Shown here: positions 49,998 through 62,854 of the stretch, one piece after another
Layout of the letters: each line of letters begins with the position of its first letter
Position numbering within the stretch: position 1 is the first letter of the stretch
Source of the DNA: Malacoraja senta
Lineage: Eukaryota
Length of the DNA: 64,000 bases
NCBI GenBank assembly: GCA_038087875.1
Contig: JAXLNO010005895.1
Coordinates: 1-64,000, forward strand
Reading direction: 5' to 3'
Made by a program: the position numbers and the translations under genes
Notes under the pieces: model-generated
Seen by the model: the letters and a program-made list of their open reading frames with translations, nothing else
The model's database searches: none
What the model was told of the DNA's origin: nothing

Positions 49998-50069
49998 GGA
50001 TCTGAGTAATAACGCGATTATGTCTGTCCAGAGCAACACCTTTTCTCAGATGAAGAAACTTCATGAATT
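49998..50069 (+). CDS. LRIG3: LRIG3 exon 11 (LRR)
   Basis: ttttag|G; DLSNNAIMSVQSNTFSQMKKLHEL; |gtaagt; 72 nt. Confidence 0.95.
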
Positions 50070-50246
50070 GTAAGTGAGATAATTGTGGATATTATATCAT
50101 GTGAAGTGTAACTTTATTTTGGACTTCTCTTGCATCTTAACAAAAACATCTCAAATCCTGCTTCTGTAGTTCAGATTCAGGTAATATGATTTTCTTTTAC
50201 TTTTCATCTTATTCCAGCTGGATAATTGTGAGCACTTGTTTTTCAG

Positions 50247-50410
50247 GTACTTGAATACTTCAAGCCTCCTTTGTGATTGTCAGCTGAAGTGGCTGCACCA
50301 GTGGGCAATTGATCATGGATTTCAGTCTTTCATTAATGCAAGTTGTGCCCATCCCCAGTGGCTGAAGGGAAGAAGTATATTTGCTACTAAACCAGAAGAG
50401 TTTGTATGTA
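50247..50410 (+). CDS. LRIG3: LRIG3 exon 12 (LRRCT)
   Basis: tttcag|G; YLNTSSLLCDCQLKWLHQW...CAHPQWLKGRSIFATKPEEFVC; |gtgagt; 164 nt. Confidence 0.96.
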
Positions 50411-50586
50411 GTGAGTTATGAATTTTTGTTTAAACGACGTTACATTTTCAATCGTTTGAATAAAGGTGATAAATACGAATCATTTTAAAGTGTTTTACTA
50501 ATCCATTGCAAAAAGTCCATCAATATTATTTCTGATGTACATTTTTTTTGCTGAATTTAAACTTATTGAACAATAATTCCTTACAG

Positions 50587-50907
50587 ATGACTTTCCCAAA
50601 CCTGAGATCATGGAACAGCCTGAAACACAAGCAGCTGTAAAGCATTCGAATGTGAGCTTCATCTGCTCAGCAGCCAGCAGCAGCGACTCTCCAATGACAT
50701 TTGCCTGGAAGAAAGATAATGAGGTGCTTCATGAAGCTGAGATTGAGAACTATGCCCATCTTCGTTCTCAAGGTGGTGAAGTAATGGAATATACTACCAT
50801 CTTGCGTCTTCGACATGTAAATTTCAGCAGTGAAGGAAAATACCAGTGCGTGATTTCCAACCACTTTGGTTCATCCTACTCCAACAAAGCCAAGCTGACT
50901 GTGAATA
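50587..50907 (+). CDS. LRIG3: LRIG3 exon 13 (Ig domain 1)
   Basis: ttacag|AT; [14 protein letters not shown]...[22 protein letters not shown]; |gtacgt; 321 nt. Confidence 0.96.
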
Positions 50908-51366
50908 GTACGTATTGAGCTGCAAGTATATTTTGGTGATTTAGTTGTTTGGGATGTTTCTAATCAGGGATGACATTCACAAGGTTAAATATCCCAGAAA
51001 ATGATGAGCATGGTAGTCACTTAGTCATCTGATGGCAATCTATAAATATGCCAATGGCTTGGATAGAATAGACACTTAAACATGTTAAAAGCCACCAATA
51101 AAAAAATGCCAAGCTTATACCCAAGAACCGGTTATTCAGAATAAATTCTTGAGAAATCCATTTATTGCAGTTCTGAGAATTCCATTACCTGCCTTTCAAA
51201 ATGTAATTACCTGTCTTTATCCTTATGAAATGTATGTTTCCAAAGCCTGCCATTTCATAAATCTATTTGTAGTTGAGAAGTAATGTCATGGTTATGTTGA
51301 GAATTTAAGTGTACAACAGACATAAAGACAATGTATTTAATATTTTGCTTTTGTTGCCCTTTGCAG

Positions 51367-51648
51367 TGTTACCATCATTTACAAAGTCACCGACAGACCT
51401 CACTATTCGAGCAGGAGCAATGGCCCGTTTAGAATGTGCTGCCATTGGGCATCCTCCACCACAGATAGCGTGGCAAAAAGACGGTGGCACTGACTTCCCC
51501 GCTGCACGAGAGAGAAGGATGCATGTTATGCCAGAAGATGATGTATTTTTTATTGTAGATGTCAAAGTGGAGGACATTGGAATTTATAGTTGTACTGCAC
51601 AAAATAGTGCTGGAGCTATTTCAGCCAATGCAACGCTAATTGTATTAG
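51367..51648 (+). CDS. LRIG3: LRIG3 exon 14 (Ig domain 2)
   Basis: ttgcag|TG; [25 protein letters not shown]...[21 protein letters not shown]; |gtgagt; 282 nt. Confidence 0.96.
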
Positions 51649-51904
51649 GTGAGTACATGTAAGAGCTTGTCATTTGACTGAGCAGATAAGAAATTTAAAG
51701 AAATATATAGTTTTGTGCCATTTAAAAATGGAGCAAACATTTTTTGTTTTCTCTTAATGTTGGTCTTGGGATAGAATTTTTTGGGGTATCCTGTGTAATC
51801 CTTATTAATATGTGATTGAAGCATTTTAAATAATTTTGAAGGTAAAAATATGAATATATAGATATCTATATAAAACTTTTAATCACAGACTACTTTTAAT
51901 CCAG

Positions 51905-52354
51905 AAACACCTTCATTTGTGCGTCCTCTTGTCGATAAAACGGTGGCGAAAGGTGAAACTGCAGTTCTACAGTGCATAGCAGCTGGGAGTCCACCTCCAA
52001 AACTGAACTGGATAAAGGACGATAGTCCTTTATCAGTAACTGAAAGACACTTCTTTGCTGCTGGAAATCAACTGTTGATTATTGTAGACAGCAACCTGGA
52101 TGATGCCGGGAAGTACACGTGTGAAATGTCGAATACCCTTGGAACCGAGCGGGGACACATTCGTCTTAATGTCCTACCTACACCAAACTGCGACTCTGCA
52201 CAAAGTGCTACACCATTTGAAGAGGATGGATGGTCTACCATTGGAATTGTAATCATAGCAGTGGTCTGTTGTGTGGTTGGCACATCTTTGGTTTGGGTAG
52301 TAATTATTTACCACACAAGAAGGAAGAGTGAGGACTGCAGCGTGACAAACACAG
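51905..52354 (+). CDS. LRIG3: LRIG3 exon 15 (Ig domain 3 + transmembrane helix)
   Basis: ccag|AA; [11 protein letters not shown]...[38 protein letters not shown]; |gtgtga; 450 nt. Confidence 0.96.
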
Positions 52355-54087
52355 GTGTGAAATTTAAACATAAACGTGTAGGAGATAGAAATTAGAGTAA
52401 TGCACTATTATTTTTATTTTGAATGGTTTTCTGCTCTTCGTCCTGTCCAGACGTGATATAATTTTGTACCATTAGAAAATAGAGCAAATATTTTTTTGTT
52501 TAACTTAAAATATTTGTCTTTGGTATTTAGAAATACATTATTTTTGTATCTTATTTAATCCTCATTACTGTGCAGTCAATGCATTTTTTTATATTGAAGG
52601 TAAAATGTGCCTTCAGCTTGTGTGATTACATGGCTACGAATGGCAAAGTGATTGTTTATTACAGGGGTCTGACATTTAAGTACTGTCATGTTGTTCAACT
52701 GCAGGAAGTATTACAATCTGAGTTAGTTGCGTCTTAATTTCAAGCTCAGACATGAATATTTAATGAGCCACTAGTCAACAGTTGAAAATGAGAATCCGAG
52801 CTGATCTTTACCTCTTTTAAGTATCCAAGGACTGGTTGTGTTCCCTTGTTATTCCTACTGAAATCATTAAAGCCAGCATGGATCAGCGATCAAGCTAAGA
52901 TTTTGACACGTATACCTTAACTATTTGCTGGATTATATTGCTGAGTTATCGAGGGAACTGGTATATTTTTTCCTATCAATGTTTTGTTTCCTTTCGTTAG
53001 ACTCCTTCTCACCCCCCCCCCCCCCTAAAAACTGCTCCCAGGGTGGTTAATTCATCACGCATCTATATTCTAATTTTCAGTTTGACTCACTATAGCATTT
53101 TAAAAACAGACAAACCTTTCTGCGTTTATTCCTGAGATAAAGGTATATTGATTCATTTGGCATAATTGTTCCTTTAAAGCACACTTTATTATTGTAAAAG
53201 ATAGATTTGGAAGAAGATGTCATGACCCAAAATGTCTGCCTTCACAGTTACTTCTCCCGTTGAGTTCCTCCAACCTTTTTTGCTCAAGGTTACAGCAAGT
53301 GCAGACTCTTGTGTCTCTGAGAAATATTTACTTTGGGGTTTTGAAATTGAAATATTTATGAATATTTTCAATTAAAATCATACCGTTGTAGTTTGCTTTT
53401 CTCTAATGTATCACTGGAGTCTTCATCTTTTGCTTTTTTTTAAATCCTTTTCTTCCCCACACTTGATAGCTGTGACCATCCTCTTTTGTTAGGCTATGTG
53501 AAAAGCCACTGTCTATATGGTCCTTCTTTTGATTTGTGACTCCTGTTCAATTGTGTTGATGTGGAATAAACAACAACCCACTCCCAAACATTATCACCAA
53601 CTCTTATGACTAGAGTCCTGAAGGCTTTACGTTGTCCCTATGGTTCTCCTCTGAGCTTAACTAACCTAAGACAGGTGCTAGCACTTTGCCCGTGGGACCT
53701 TGCGTACCCAGAGTTTGGTGCGGCATAATGTAGACAAGTTGTGCAGTGAACACTGAATCTTGAATGTGTAATATTTTCTTTAACTGAAAAAATAGTTATA
53801 GACTTGTGTCAATTTTAAAATGTTAAGAATGTTTTTCAAAGTTAATTAGCAAGGTTATTGCAAAAGTAGGACTACAGAAATTAAAATTGTGAACTAAATC
53901 AGAATTGGATGTACAAAGTAACTTCCGTTCAGAAATTGGCAACATTTTGCAAAATGAAACTTTTTGGTGTTCTGAGAGGAACTAAAGCAACTTTAAGGGA
54001 TTTTATTTGAGTAACTTCTTAATATGCTATTTTAGTAATGAATTAATAATTTAACCAGATGTTAAAGCTGTTCATGTTGTTTCTCAG

Positions 54088-54246
54088 ATGAGACTAACTT
54101 GCCTGCAGATATCTCAAGCTACTTGTCATCCCAGGGAACACTGTCAGATCATCAGGAAGGCTATGGGCGATCCGAAGCTGGAAGTCACCATCAGCTTATG
54201 ACGGGTTCTATGAATGGATATTTGCTTCAACACAGAGGAAGCGATG
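54088..54246 (+). CDS. LRIG3: LRIG3 exon 16 (juxtamembrane cytoplasmic)
   Basis: ctcag|AT; ETNLPADISSYLSSQGTLSDHQEGYGRSEAGSHHQL...; |gtgagt; 159 nt. Confidence 0.94.
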
Positions 54247-54253
54247 GTGAGTT

Positions 54254-54256
<3 letters not shown>

Positions 54257-54284
<28 letters not shown>
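54257..54284. repeat. (AAAT)7 microsatellite just downstream of the exon 16 donor
   Basis: Directly visible. Confidence 0.9.
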
Positions 54285-54285
<1 letters not shown>

Positions 54286-56015
54286 TGCCTGTGAAAATTC
54301 CTTCACTTTCAAAGTTAACGTGCATGCATGCTCTGGTTCTTGATAGTCTGTAAACGTAACAGTCCAGGTTGCCAACTAAACCACAGTCAAAATTATTATA
54401 TTCTGGGTTTATTAATGTTAATGTTTAAGCTCAAAGGCATAGATGGCAGTGTGATAAATAAAAAGTCACCTCATGCCCACAAAAATAATATTAATTGGCT
54501 ATTCCGCATTGATCCAGGCACCAAGTTCAATCATAATCAGCTAGGCAGAGTCCCTCTCAAACATCTGGGGGCTGATTGTGAGCTGTCCCACAGCCTTATC
54601 AAGTAACATTCTGGCATCGTCACACTTGCAAAATCATAGCATACAGACAACATGTCAGAGTCCTCCTCCATTCCAATCCCTGGGTATGTTCCACCTGCCT
54701 TGGCAGGACTTCCAAATTGAAGGGATCTGGAAGTTCTCAACATTTAATCCAGATCTCATGATGTCTCATGGCTTTGGGTTAAACATGGTAAGAAAATGCT
54801 CCTTATTTGCCAAATAATATTTTCAATTGATGAATTGGTACTCCAGTTGTGCAACGTATTGAATCATTTGAAAGTAGCGCATGGGTGGGAGACATCAACA
54901 TCCATTACCAAGTGGTTTAATAGTCAACTCACTCAGTGGTGATGTTGAGTCTGGCTGCCAGATTGGTTCTGTGTCAGGTAGTGAGTGAACGAACACTTGG
55001 GTTAAACAAATTGACACCAGCAATCTAGATGTGGGTGCATCTGTCTGTGAAAGAATTAATAGAACTGACCACTAGGTGAAGTTTACCTACCCTAACTTCA
55101 CCCCATCTGAACGTACAGCCCTCCTTTCACTCTGCAGTATGAAGAAGGATCTCGACCTCACCCATTCCTTTTCTCCAGAGATGCTGCCTGTCATGTTGAG
55201 TTACTGCAGCATTTTGTGTCTAGTACAAATGCATTAACTGGGAACAATTCAAAACTTGGGCATCTAATGTGCTATGGACCAAGCAGCAGTAGAAATGTGT
55301 GTTTCCACAACCTGGACTTTTAAGACCTGGTTTTACTAATAGCAAATCAATGACAGTTCAAAAGTATAATTGAGTGTGCTTAACATTGCAGTATCAGGGT
55401 GGTTAAACAGGGTAGTGTGGGCTAACTAGCAATCAACATAAAAACATTCAATAGTCGGAGGTAAACATTCTCATAACCGGTGGGTCAAATGCATCTGTGC
55501 AGCTTACTACATCTATCAACAGGGAAAGGAAGCTCGAATAACATTTCTGATTTTGCACAGTAGAAGCACTTAGCATAGAAAGGTTGAGGACAAACCTGAA
55601 ACATTTGTAAATGCAATCAGTCAGAAGTGATGAATGGTTCAGTCTCCACTTTCTGAAATTTGCATATCATGGAAAGCAGTCTCCAACTAGCTTGATTCCA
55701 CTCCACATGGGAACAAGAAACTACAGGGGGGGAGTGTGGTCCACCATTGAAGTCAACTATAATGACTATGCGAGCAGATCAGAGGTGGGATGTCCTGTAT
55801 CAGGTGACCTCCCTCCAAATCCCCTGAATCTTCTCAACATTCAAAACATTATGCCATATTCACCACTTTCCTGGTCAAATGCAATTCCAACACCTCAAAG
55901 CCCAATTGTGTCCAGGACAAATCATCCCATTTGACTGGTACCCAACCTGAGCATTTGTTCCCTTCCCCACCTGAGCTCAGTACTGCATTCTCTACAAAAT
56001 ACATTGCAGCTATTT

Positions 56016-56815
56016 CAGAGCTGCCAAATAGTACGGATTTTCCGTATTTTATATGGCAATGCGATAAGAATATGGATGTATGATTTTGAGTTAAATACGG
56101 ATTTTTTTTTAAATCGGCCCGACTTGCTGCTTAAAAAATGCAAGGATATAAAAAGGCATACTGTACCTCTAAAAAAATTATAGCAGATTAAATCTATTAA
56201 TATTTTAAATTTAAAGATCTGGATAATTATTTTGGTAAGCTTTGATCTGCCTGTCCCGCTCGGAGTTTAAACAGCGCTCTCAGTTTTGCGCGTGGGAATT
56301 TAAACGAAGAGCTGTCGGCTGCAGCTCTATGGGTTCTAAATATAGCGCTACCAGCTGGAGTGCTATGGGCTTTACACATAGCGCTATGGCCACAGCGCTA
56401 TGGGTCACAGACTGTTCGGGGAGGTACAGGGGGAAAAGGAGGGAGAGAGAGGGAGTGGGAGGGAGAAAAAAAGGAAGGAGAGAGGGCGGAAGAGAGTGGG
56501 AGAGAGGAAGGAGAGGGAAGCTTCCAAAATTGCTTCTACATCATCATCTGGTGCTAAAAGCAGGAAGCAGCCGTTCAAACAGCAGTATACAAAGAGATGG
56601 CAATGAATGCACTGTCAAATAAGGTGCATAGAAGACATGTCAATTGGTAGCAAAGCTATGCATTCTTGTACTCTTACATGGGTATGACGGCACATAAAAA
56701 AAAGAACATTTTTTTCAGCAAAATGGCACAGCGTAAAAATACTTATTTCCTCAGCAAAATACTGATTTTCAGGTACTAGAATACTGAAATGTTCTGACAA
56801 AACTTGCCGGCTTTG
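56016..56815. mobile_element. Putative non-autonomous DNA transposon with 6-bp TSD
   Basis: CTATTT|CAGAGCTGCCAA ... TTGCCGGCTTTG|CTATTT; subterminal TACGGA/TACTGA motifs. Confidence 0.55.
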
Positions 56816-57254
56816 CTATTTGCTTCAGCACCTCTCAAACCAATGACCACTACCACCTAGGAGGGAAAGACTTAAAGCACATCAGAATATTGCCACCTGC
56901 ACCTGCTTATTCCAAATTTTGCACCATGCCAAGTTGAAAATATATTGCTGTTCTTTCACCAAATTGCTACTAAATTCTAGAATTATGCCATCAGTATCAC
57001 GAGTATATTTTACTGATTCTTGAAATTGGCACACTATTTTCTCAAGATTAATTAAGGATGGGTAATACATGTTCTGCTGGACTGTGATCCCGAACTATGA
57101 ATAATTAAAAAAAAAAAATTACCCCTAGCAGTTAAAAAAAAACAATAGTATTATAAGCAGTTTCTAAGAATAATAACGTACAGAAAATTGTATTTTGGGA
57201 AATGGAAATATTTGTATAGATCAGTGTGATTAAAGTGTCTCTGTTTTCTTAAAG

Positions 57255-57401
57255 ATCTTTGTCACATTGACAATGGAAGTGATACTGACATAGAAGGCAT
57301 ATCTGATCCTCTGGTTTTTCAAAACACTGACCATGCAGCCTCGATGTACGTTGGAGGAATTGTGTATGATGCTGAAACACTGGACATAATCAGCCATCAA
57401 G
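57255..57401 (+). CDS. LRIG3: LRIG3 exon 17 (cytoplasmic)
   Basis: ttcttaaag|AT; LCHIDNGSDTDIEGISDPL... (cf. CHIDNSSEAD in recalled human LRIG3); |gtaaga; 147 nt. Confidence 0.9.
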
Positions 57402-57415
57402 GTAAGATCAAGTTA

Positions 57416-58998
57416 CAGTGCCCTCCATAATGTTTGGGACAAAGACCCATCATTTATTTATTTGCCTCTGTACTCCACAATTTGAGATTGTAATAGAAAA
57501 AATCACATGTGGGTAAAGTGCACATTGTCAGATTTTATTAAAGGGTATTTTTATACATTTTGTTTTCACCATGTAGAAATTACAGCGGTTTATACATAGT
57601 CCCCCCCCCCCCCCCAAAAAAAAAATTCAGGGCACCAGAATGTTCGGGACAGATGGCTTCACAGGTGTTTGTAATTGCTCAGGTGTGTTTAATTGCCTCC
57701 TTAATGTAGGTATAAGAGCTCTCAGCACCTGGTCTTTCCTCCAGTCTTTCCATCACCGTTGGAAACTTTTATTGCTGTTTATCAACATGAGGACCAAAGT
57801 TGTCCCAATGAAAGTCAAAAATTATGAGACTGAGAAACAAAAATAAAACTTAGGCTTACCAAAATCAACTGTTTGGAACATCATTAAGAAGAAAGAAAGC
57901 ACTGGTGAGCTTACTAATCGCAAAGGGACTGACTGGCCAAGGAAGATCTCCACAGCTGATGACCGAAGAATTCTATAATAAAGAAAAATCCCCAAACCTG
58001 CCCGACAGATCAGAAACTCTTCAGGAGTCAAGTGTGGATTTGTCAATGACTACTGTCCGCAGAAGACTTCATGAACAGAAATACAGAGGCTACACTGCAA
58101 GATGCAAACCACTGGTTAGCTACAAAATAGGATGGCCAGTTTGCCAAGAAGTACTTAAAAGAGCAACCACAGTTCTGGAAAAGGGTCTTGTGGACAGATG
58201 AGACGAAGATTAACTTATATCAGAGTGATGGCAAGAGCAAAGTATGGAGGAGAGAAGGAACAGCCCAAGATCCAAAGCTTACCACCTCATCTGTGAAACA
58301 TAGTGGTGGGGTGTTATAGCGTGGGCATGTATGGCTGCTGAAGGTACTGGCTCACTTATTTTCATTGATGATACAACTGCTGATGGTAGTAGCATAATGA
58401 ATTCTGAAGTGGATAGATACATCCTATCTGCTCAAGTTCAAACAAATGCCTCAAAACTCATTGGCCGGCGGTTCATTCTACAGCAAGTCAATGATACCAA
58501 ACATATTGCTAAAGCAACAAAGGAGTTTTTTTAAAGCTAAAAAAGGTCAATCACCTGATCTGAACCCAATTGAGCATGCCTTTTATATGCTGGGGACTAG
58601 TCCCCAAAACAAGCATAAGCTATGACTGCAATACAGGCCAGGCAGACCATCACCAGAGAAGACACCCAGCAACTGGTGATGTCCATGAATTGCAGACTTC
58701 AAGCAGTCATTGCATGCAAAGGATTTGCAACAAAATGCTAAACATGACTATTTTCATATACATGACATTGCTGTGTCCCAAACATTATGGTGCCCTGAAA
58801 TGGGAGGACTATGTATAAAAACTGCTGTAATTTCTACATGGTGAAACCAAAATGTATAAAAATGGCCTTTATTAAAATCTGACAATGTGCACTTTTAACC
58901 ACATGTGATTTTTTTGCTATTACAAATCTCAAATTGTGGAGTACAGAGGCGAATAAATAAATGATGGGTCTTTGTCCCATACATTATGGAGGGCACTG
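57416..58998 (+). mobile_element. Tc1-family transposon, IR/DR type, with pseudogenised transposase
   Basis: TA|CAGTGCCCTCCATAATGTTTGGGAC...GTCCCATACATTATGGAGGGCACTG|TA; ~230-bp IRs (57416-57651, 58774-58998) with inner DRs; broken ORF from ATG 57787 with TVRRRL, WTDETK, QQVND and SPDLNPIEH motifs. Confidence 0.95.
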
Positions 58999-60285
58999 TA
59001 GATACTTTCCACATTATTTTCTTAGTTTGTGTCGGTACAATAATATCATTGAGTGGAATTTAAAAAAAGGTTATGTGCAATGCTGGAAACTTATCATGGT
59101 TGCAATTGGCATAGTGGTCTCAGCAATTGTGATAGTCCTAGCACACACTATGGTGCTGATAGTTGACTAATGCCGTAACACTCATATTTTCTACTTGCCA
59201 TTACAAACAATTTTAGTTCAGGAATTTGAATAATTTTCTTTAGTTTTGAATTTATCATGCAGATTTGTTTCACATTACCTAGAAATTCAATGCTGTAATT
59301 AAGGATTTGGCAGTTGTGGCAGTAGTTTTGGAATTCAAATGTTTACTGAAGTAGCTGATGGAAAACAGATGCAAGAAATTTGTATAGGATATTAGCCTGG
59401 GCATAACCAAATCCAAATGATTGTAATCTTAGAATGGTGACCGTAAAGGTTTCCTTAACCAACACCCAAAATGTATTTGGCCCTTTTTTTCTGCCTGCAA
59501 ATACTTTTGTTTCTTCAGTAAAAATGTTATTGCTGACTTGCCAAACACCAACATCTTAATCAGGCCTTCATACAAAGGCCTAACTCCTTGCCAATCTTTC
59601 TTAGAATTAAGCATTTGAATACTTCCAAATAGATTTCTGCCTTAACACAGGATCATAATGTCTCTTGTTTGTTATAAGCGATATCAGGTATGATTGTGAC
59701 AAAGATGAAAGCTTTTCTCATATTCTTTCTCGACCCTTTGCCATTGCTGAATGTATAGTCCTTCTTTTGGTGTCCATCTTGTTGCAAATGTTGACCTCGC
59801 TGTCATCATCCGTCCTGATAAGGACGCAAGCTTCCGGCGACTATCGGTGGAAGCCATCACTTGTCGCGATAGATGATGGTGGTCGCAGAATTAGCTCAGG
59901 ATATTTCCAGTTTCCAGCCCCGTGATGCGGACGCTTCTGCTATGGGGCTATATAGTCCTCCTAAAACTTGATATCATCACCCAACAAGATAAGGTTGCAC
60001 GTAGCTTTTTCTTAAATGCCCTGGTATTACAAAAAAGAATCATCTGTAACAGCTTTTTATACTGCCCAATCATGCCCAAGGATCCATTGTTGAGGGCATC
60101 TCATCCGCATGTTATACTGCAGCAAAAGCACAATGCCATTTTCCTTAAATGAGCTGTCAATATCCAGTTTTACCTTGCCTCTGTTCACCCATCTGCTGTC
60201 TCAATTGGACTGCATGCCCATCAATATGAAATGAGCTAAAACTTTGGTCCTTCAAATCTTTCCCTGACACCAATATCATACCTCT

Positions 60286-60580
60286 TTAGTTTAGAGATTC
60301 AGCCCTTTGGCCCACCGAGTCCCCAACGACCAGTGATCCCCACACATTAACACTACTTTAGGCACACTAGGGACAATTTTTACATTTACACCAAGCCAAT
60401 TAACTTACAACCCTGTACGTCTTTGGAGTGTGGGAGGAAACCGAACACCTCAGAGAAAACCCATGCAGGCCATGCGGAGAACTTACAAACTCCTTACAGG
60501 CAAGCACCTGTACTGGGGATCTAACCTGGGTTTCTGGCGATGTAAGACAGTAGCTCTACTGCTAGGCCACTGTGCTGCCC
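60286..60580 (-). mobile_element. HE1/V-SINE-like SINE
   Basis: Same family as 29345-29650. Confidence 0.8.
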
Positions 60581-61339
60581 TCTTTTTGGCAATTGAAGTC
60601 TGAATGTGGTTTAGTGACCTTGATGTCATGTCAAATTCCACAGGGTAGAAGTGCCTTAGACCAGAGGGTTCTGGTTTAAGGTGCAGAGTGTGAGGGTTAG
60701 AGTGGAACCAAAAAAGATTTTTTTCACTGAGTGGTTGCAATCGGGAACACTGCCTCAGAAGTTGGTAGAGACTGATATTTGTAACATTTATGGTATGAGC
60801 ATTTGAATCACTGAGACATAGCATGCTATGTCCGAAGGACTTGTAAATGGGATTAGTATAGACAGGTGTGTAATGGTCACCATGAATGGGAAGAGCCTGT
60901 TTCTGTGCAATTCCAAAATTCTGTGCAATTACAAATTCCAAGATTTTCCAACTATGCACATCATTGCTCGGACTGCATGTACCCACTTCCAGAGAATTAT
61001 CTAACTCCACTCCACTTTAGCTTATCTGCTGAACCCCTTTTTGGTGATTGTTACCTTTAAAAGTAACTATTAGCTTTCCCATATATTCCACACAAAACGT
61101 TGTCATCCAAAACCCGGCTGTCCACATACTCTCTTAAGTTTCATTCATCCACTCCCAGTGCACCTATCTTAGGTTTTCATGACTATTTCATAAATCTGAG
61201 GTAACAGCTGGAGATAGTCTCTTAATATTTTTAAGGCAAATGGATCTGATCACTTAAGTGAGTACTTGGTCAATTCTATTGATTTGTTGACCATTGCAAT
61301 CTCGCATTTTCTGACTGTAATATTTGTTATTCAAACCAG

Positions 61340-61597
61340 ATGAAAGTTCTGACCAGATGGCTGTTTGTGTTGGTGCCTACAATGATAGCATCTATTCAAA
61401 GAAGAAAGGGTACTCTCAGTTCATTCAAGTGCCCCCAGAAGACTACTTTGACCAAGCTGTTGCAAAAAAAATAACGCAACTCCCAAATTCAAACTTATTC
61501 AATCCTGTTCAAACTCCACACAAAGTGACTGCTGTTGACATACCAGTTTCAAACGGGAATCCAGAAAGATTAACGGCAACCCACAATATGTATGGTG
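61340..61597 (+). CDS. LRIG3: LRIG3 exon 18 (cytoplasmic, divergent)
   Basis: accag|AT; open frame ESSDQMAVC...YSKKKGY...NPERLTATHNMYG; |gtaggt; phase 1-1, compatible with both neighbours; 258 nt. Confidence 0.82.
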
Positions 61598-62854
61598 GTA
61601 GGTATTTTTTTCAATGTTACGCTAAAATTATTGCAATATGTAGGTGCAAAAGATTGAACAATTCTGAATGTTTCATTAAAATGTTTGTTGTGCTCCTTTT
61701 CTGGCCATCAGTTTTCTCAAGTAAAATGTTTTATTCCCCGCAATAATATTATAGTTAAGTACTGAAGGTCATTTATGATATCTTAAGTTGATTTGATAAT
61801 TCAATTGTTTTTGCCCCCCACCCCACCACTGATTTTTTACTAACTTTATTGTCTTTTGTATTCATTATTGCATGCCTGCATAATTATGAAATCTGGCCAC
61901 TTTGTTAAATTTTGTTTCATACCTTGGAGTAATCGAAGATAATATAATGTCCGCAGCAATCTAGCTAAAATGGCAAACTGAAGCCATGAGGATCGGTTGC
62001 TCAAATAATCAGACAGAACTTTAGCACATTCAAATGCTCTTTGGAATAGTGATTTAGATTTGTATGATTAAGCAGTTCGATCTTTAAGTTGCTTCATTTG
62101 TTTTAATAATATAAAGCAGGCTGCTTTTCAGTTGATTCTTACCACAGCTTTTTCTGTGGGAAGCGAGATTGCATTGTAAATGGGACAGCTTTTTTTTTTT
62201 TTTTATGGAAACTGGAAACTTGAGTGGTGTTCAAAGAACGTTGTGACTTCTGTGGTTCAGTGAATCTTCCTGACTCTTGTTCAGGATTAAAAATTTACAG
62301 AACTTTTCTGCTTAACTGGACATGAAGGGAAAATTTATCTTATGGCTCCATCTTTTACTGGACACAGGCATGTCAGCAAAATCCTTTGATAGCTTTATAG
62401 TATGTTCATGGGTGACTCTTTGAAAAGCAATGTACTTGAAACCACTGAGGCATTCACACTTCCATGAGATATATTACAAAATTGAACAGCTTCATTATAT
62501 TCAAGATTTAAGGATATCTTGCATTATGGGGTTTATTAATGGTGTTCTAATTGTCAAAGAATACATCAACTGTAAAGTTTTTAAACTTGTTCAAGTTAAA
62601 CAATCTTGTTTTTAGGCTAGAAATTTTAGCAGGGTTCAAACTTATTTGAATTTATGAGGCGTACATAATCATAATTGTATTTCTATCTTTCACTCTTTTA
62701 TTTATACTTTGCAAAAATAGTTTGATTATTTGTAGAGAAACCAACTGATATCTAGAAATTGTATTATGCAATAGGTAGTTTGAAAATTTCCATAATTATA
62801 TAGGATAATCTGGTTCTGTTTTTGCCCTTTTTAATGTTTGCAATTTATTGGCAG

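Noticed and set aside
54257-54284. Multiple AATAAA near the exon 16 donor as an intronic poly(A) site
   Set aside because: Simple (AAAT)n microsatellite immediately beside a strong 5' splice site, where cleavage is normally suppressed by U1; no supporting evidence.
60483-61010. 175-aa minus-strand ORF
   Set aside because: Spans SINE and degraded CR1 remnants; chance ORF.
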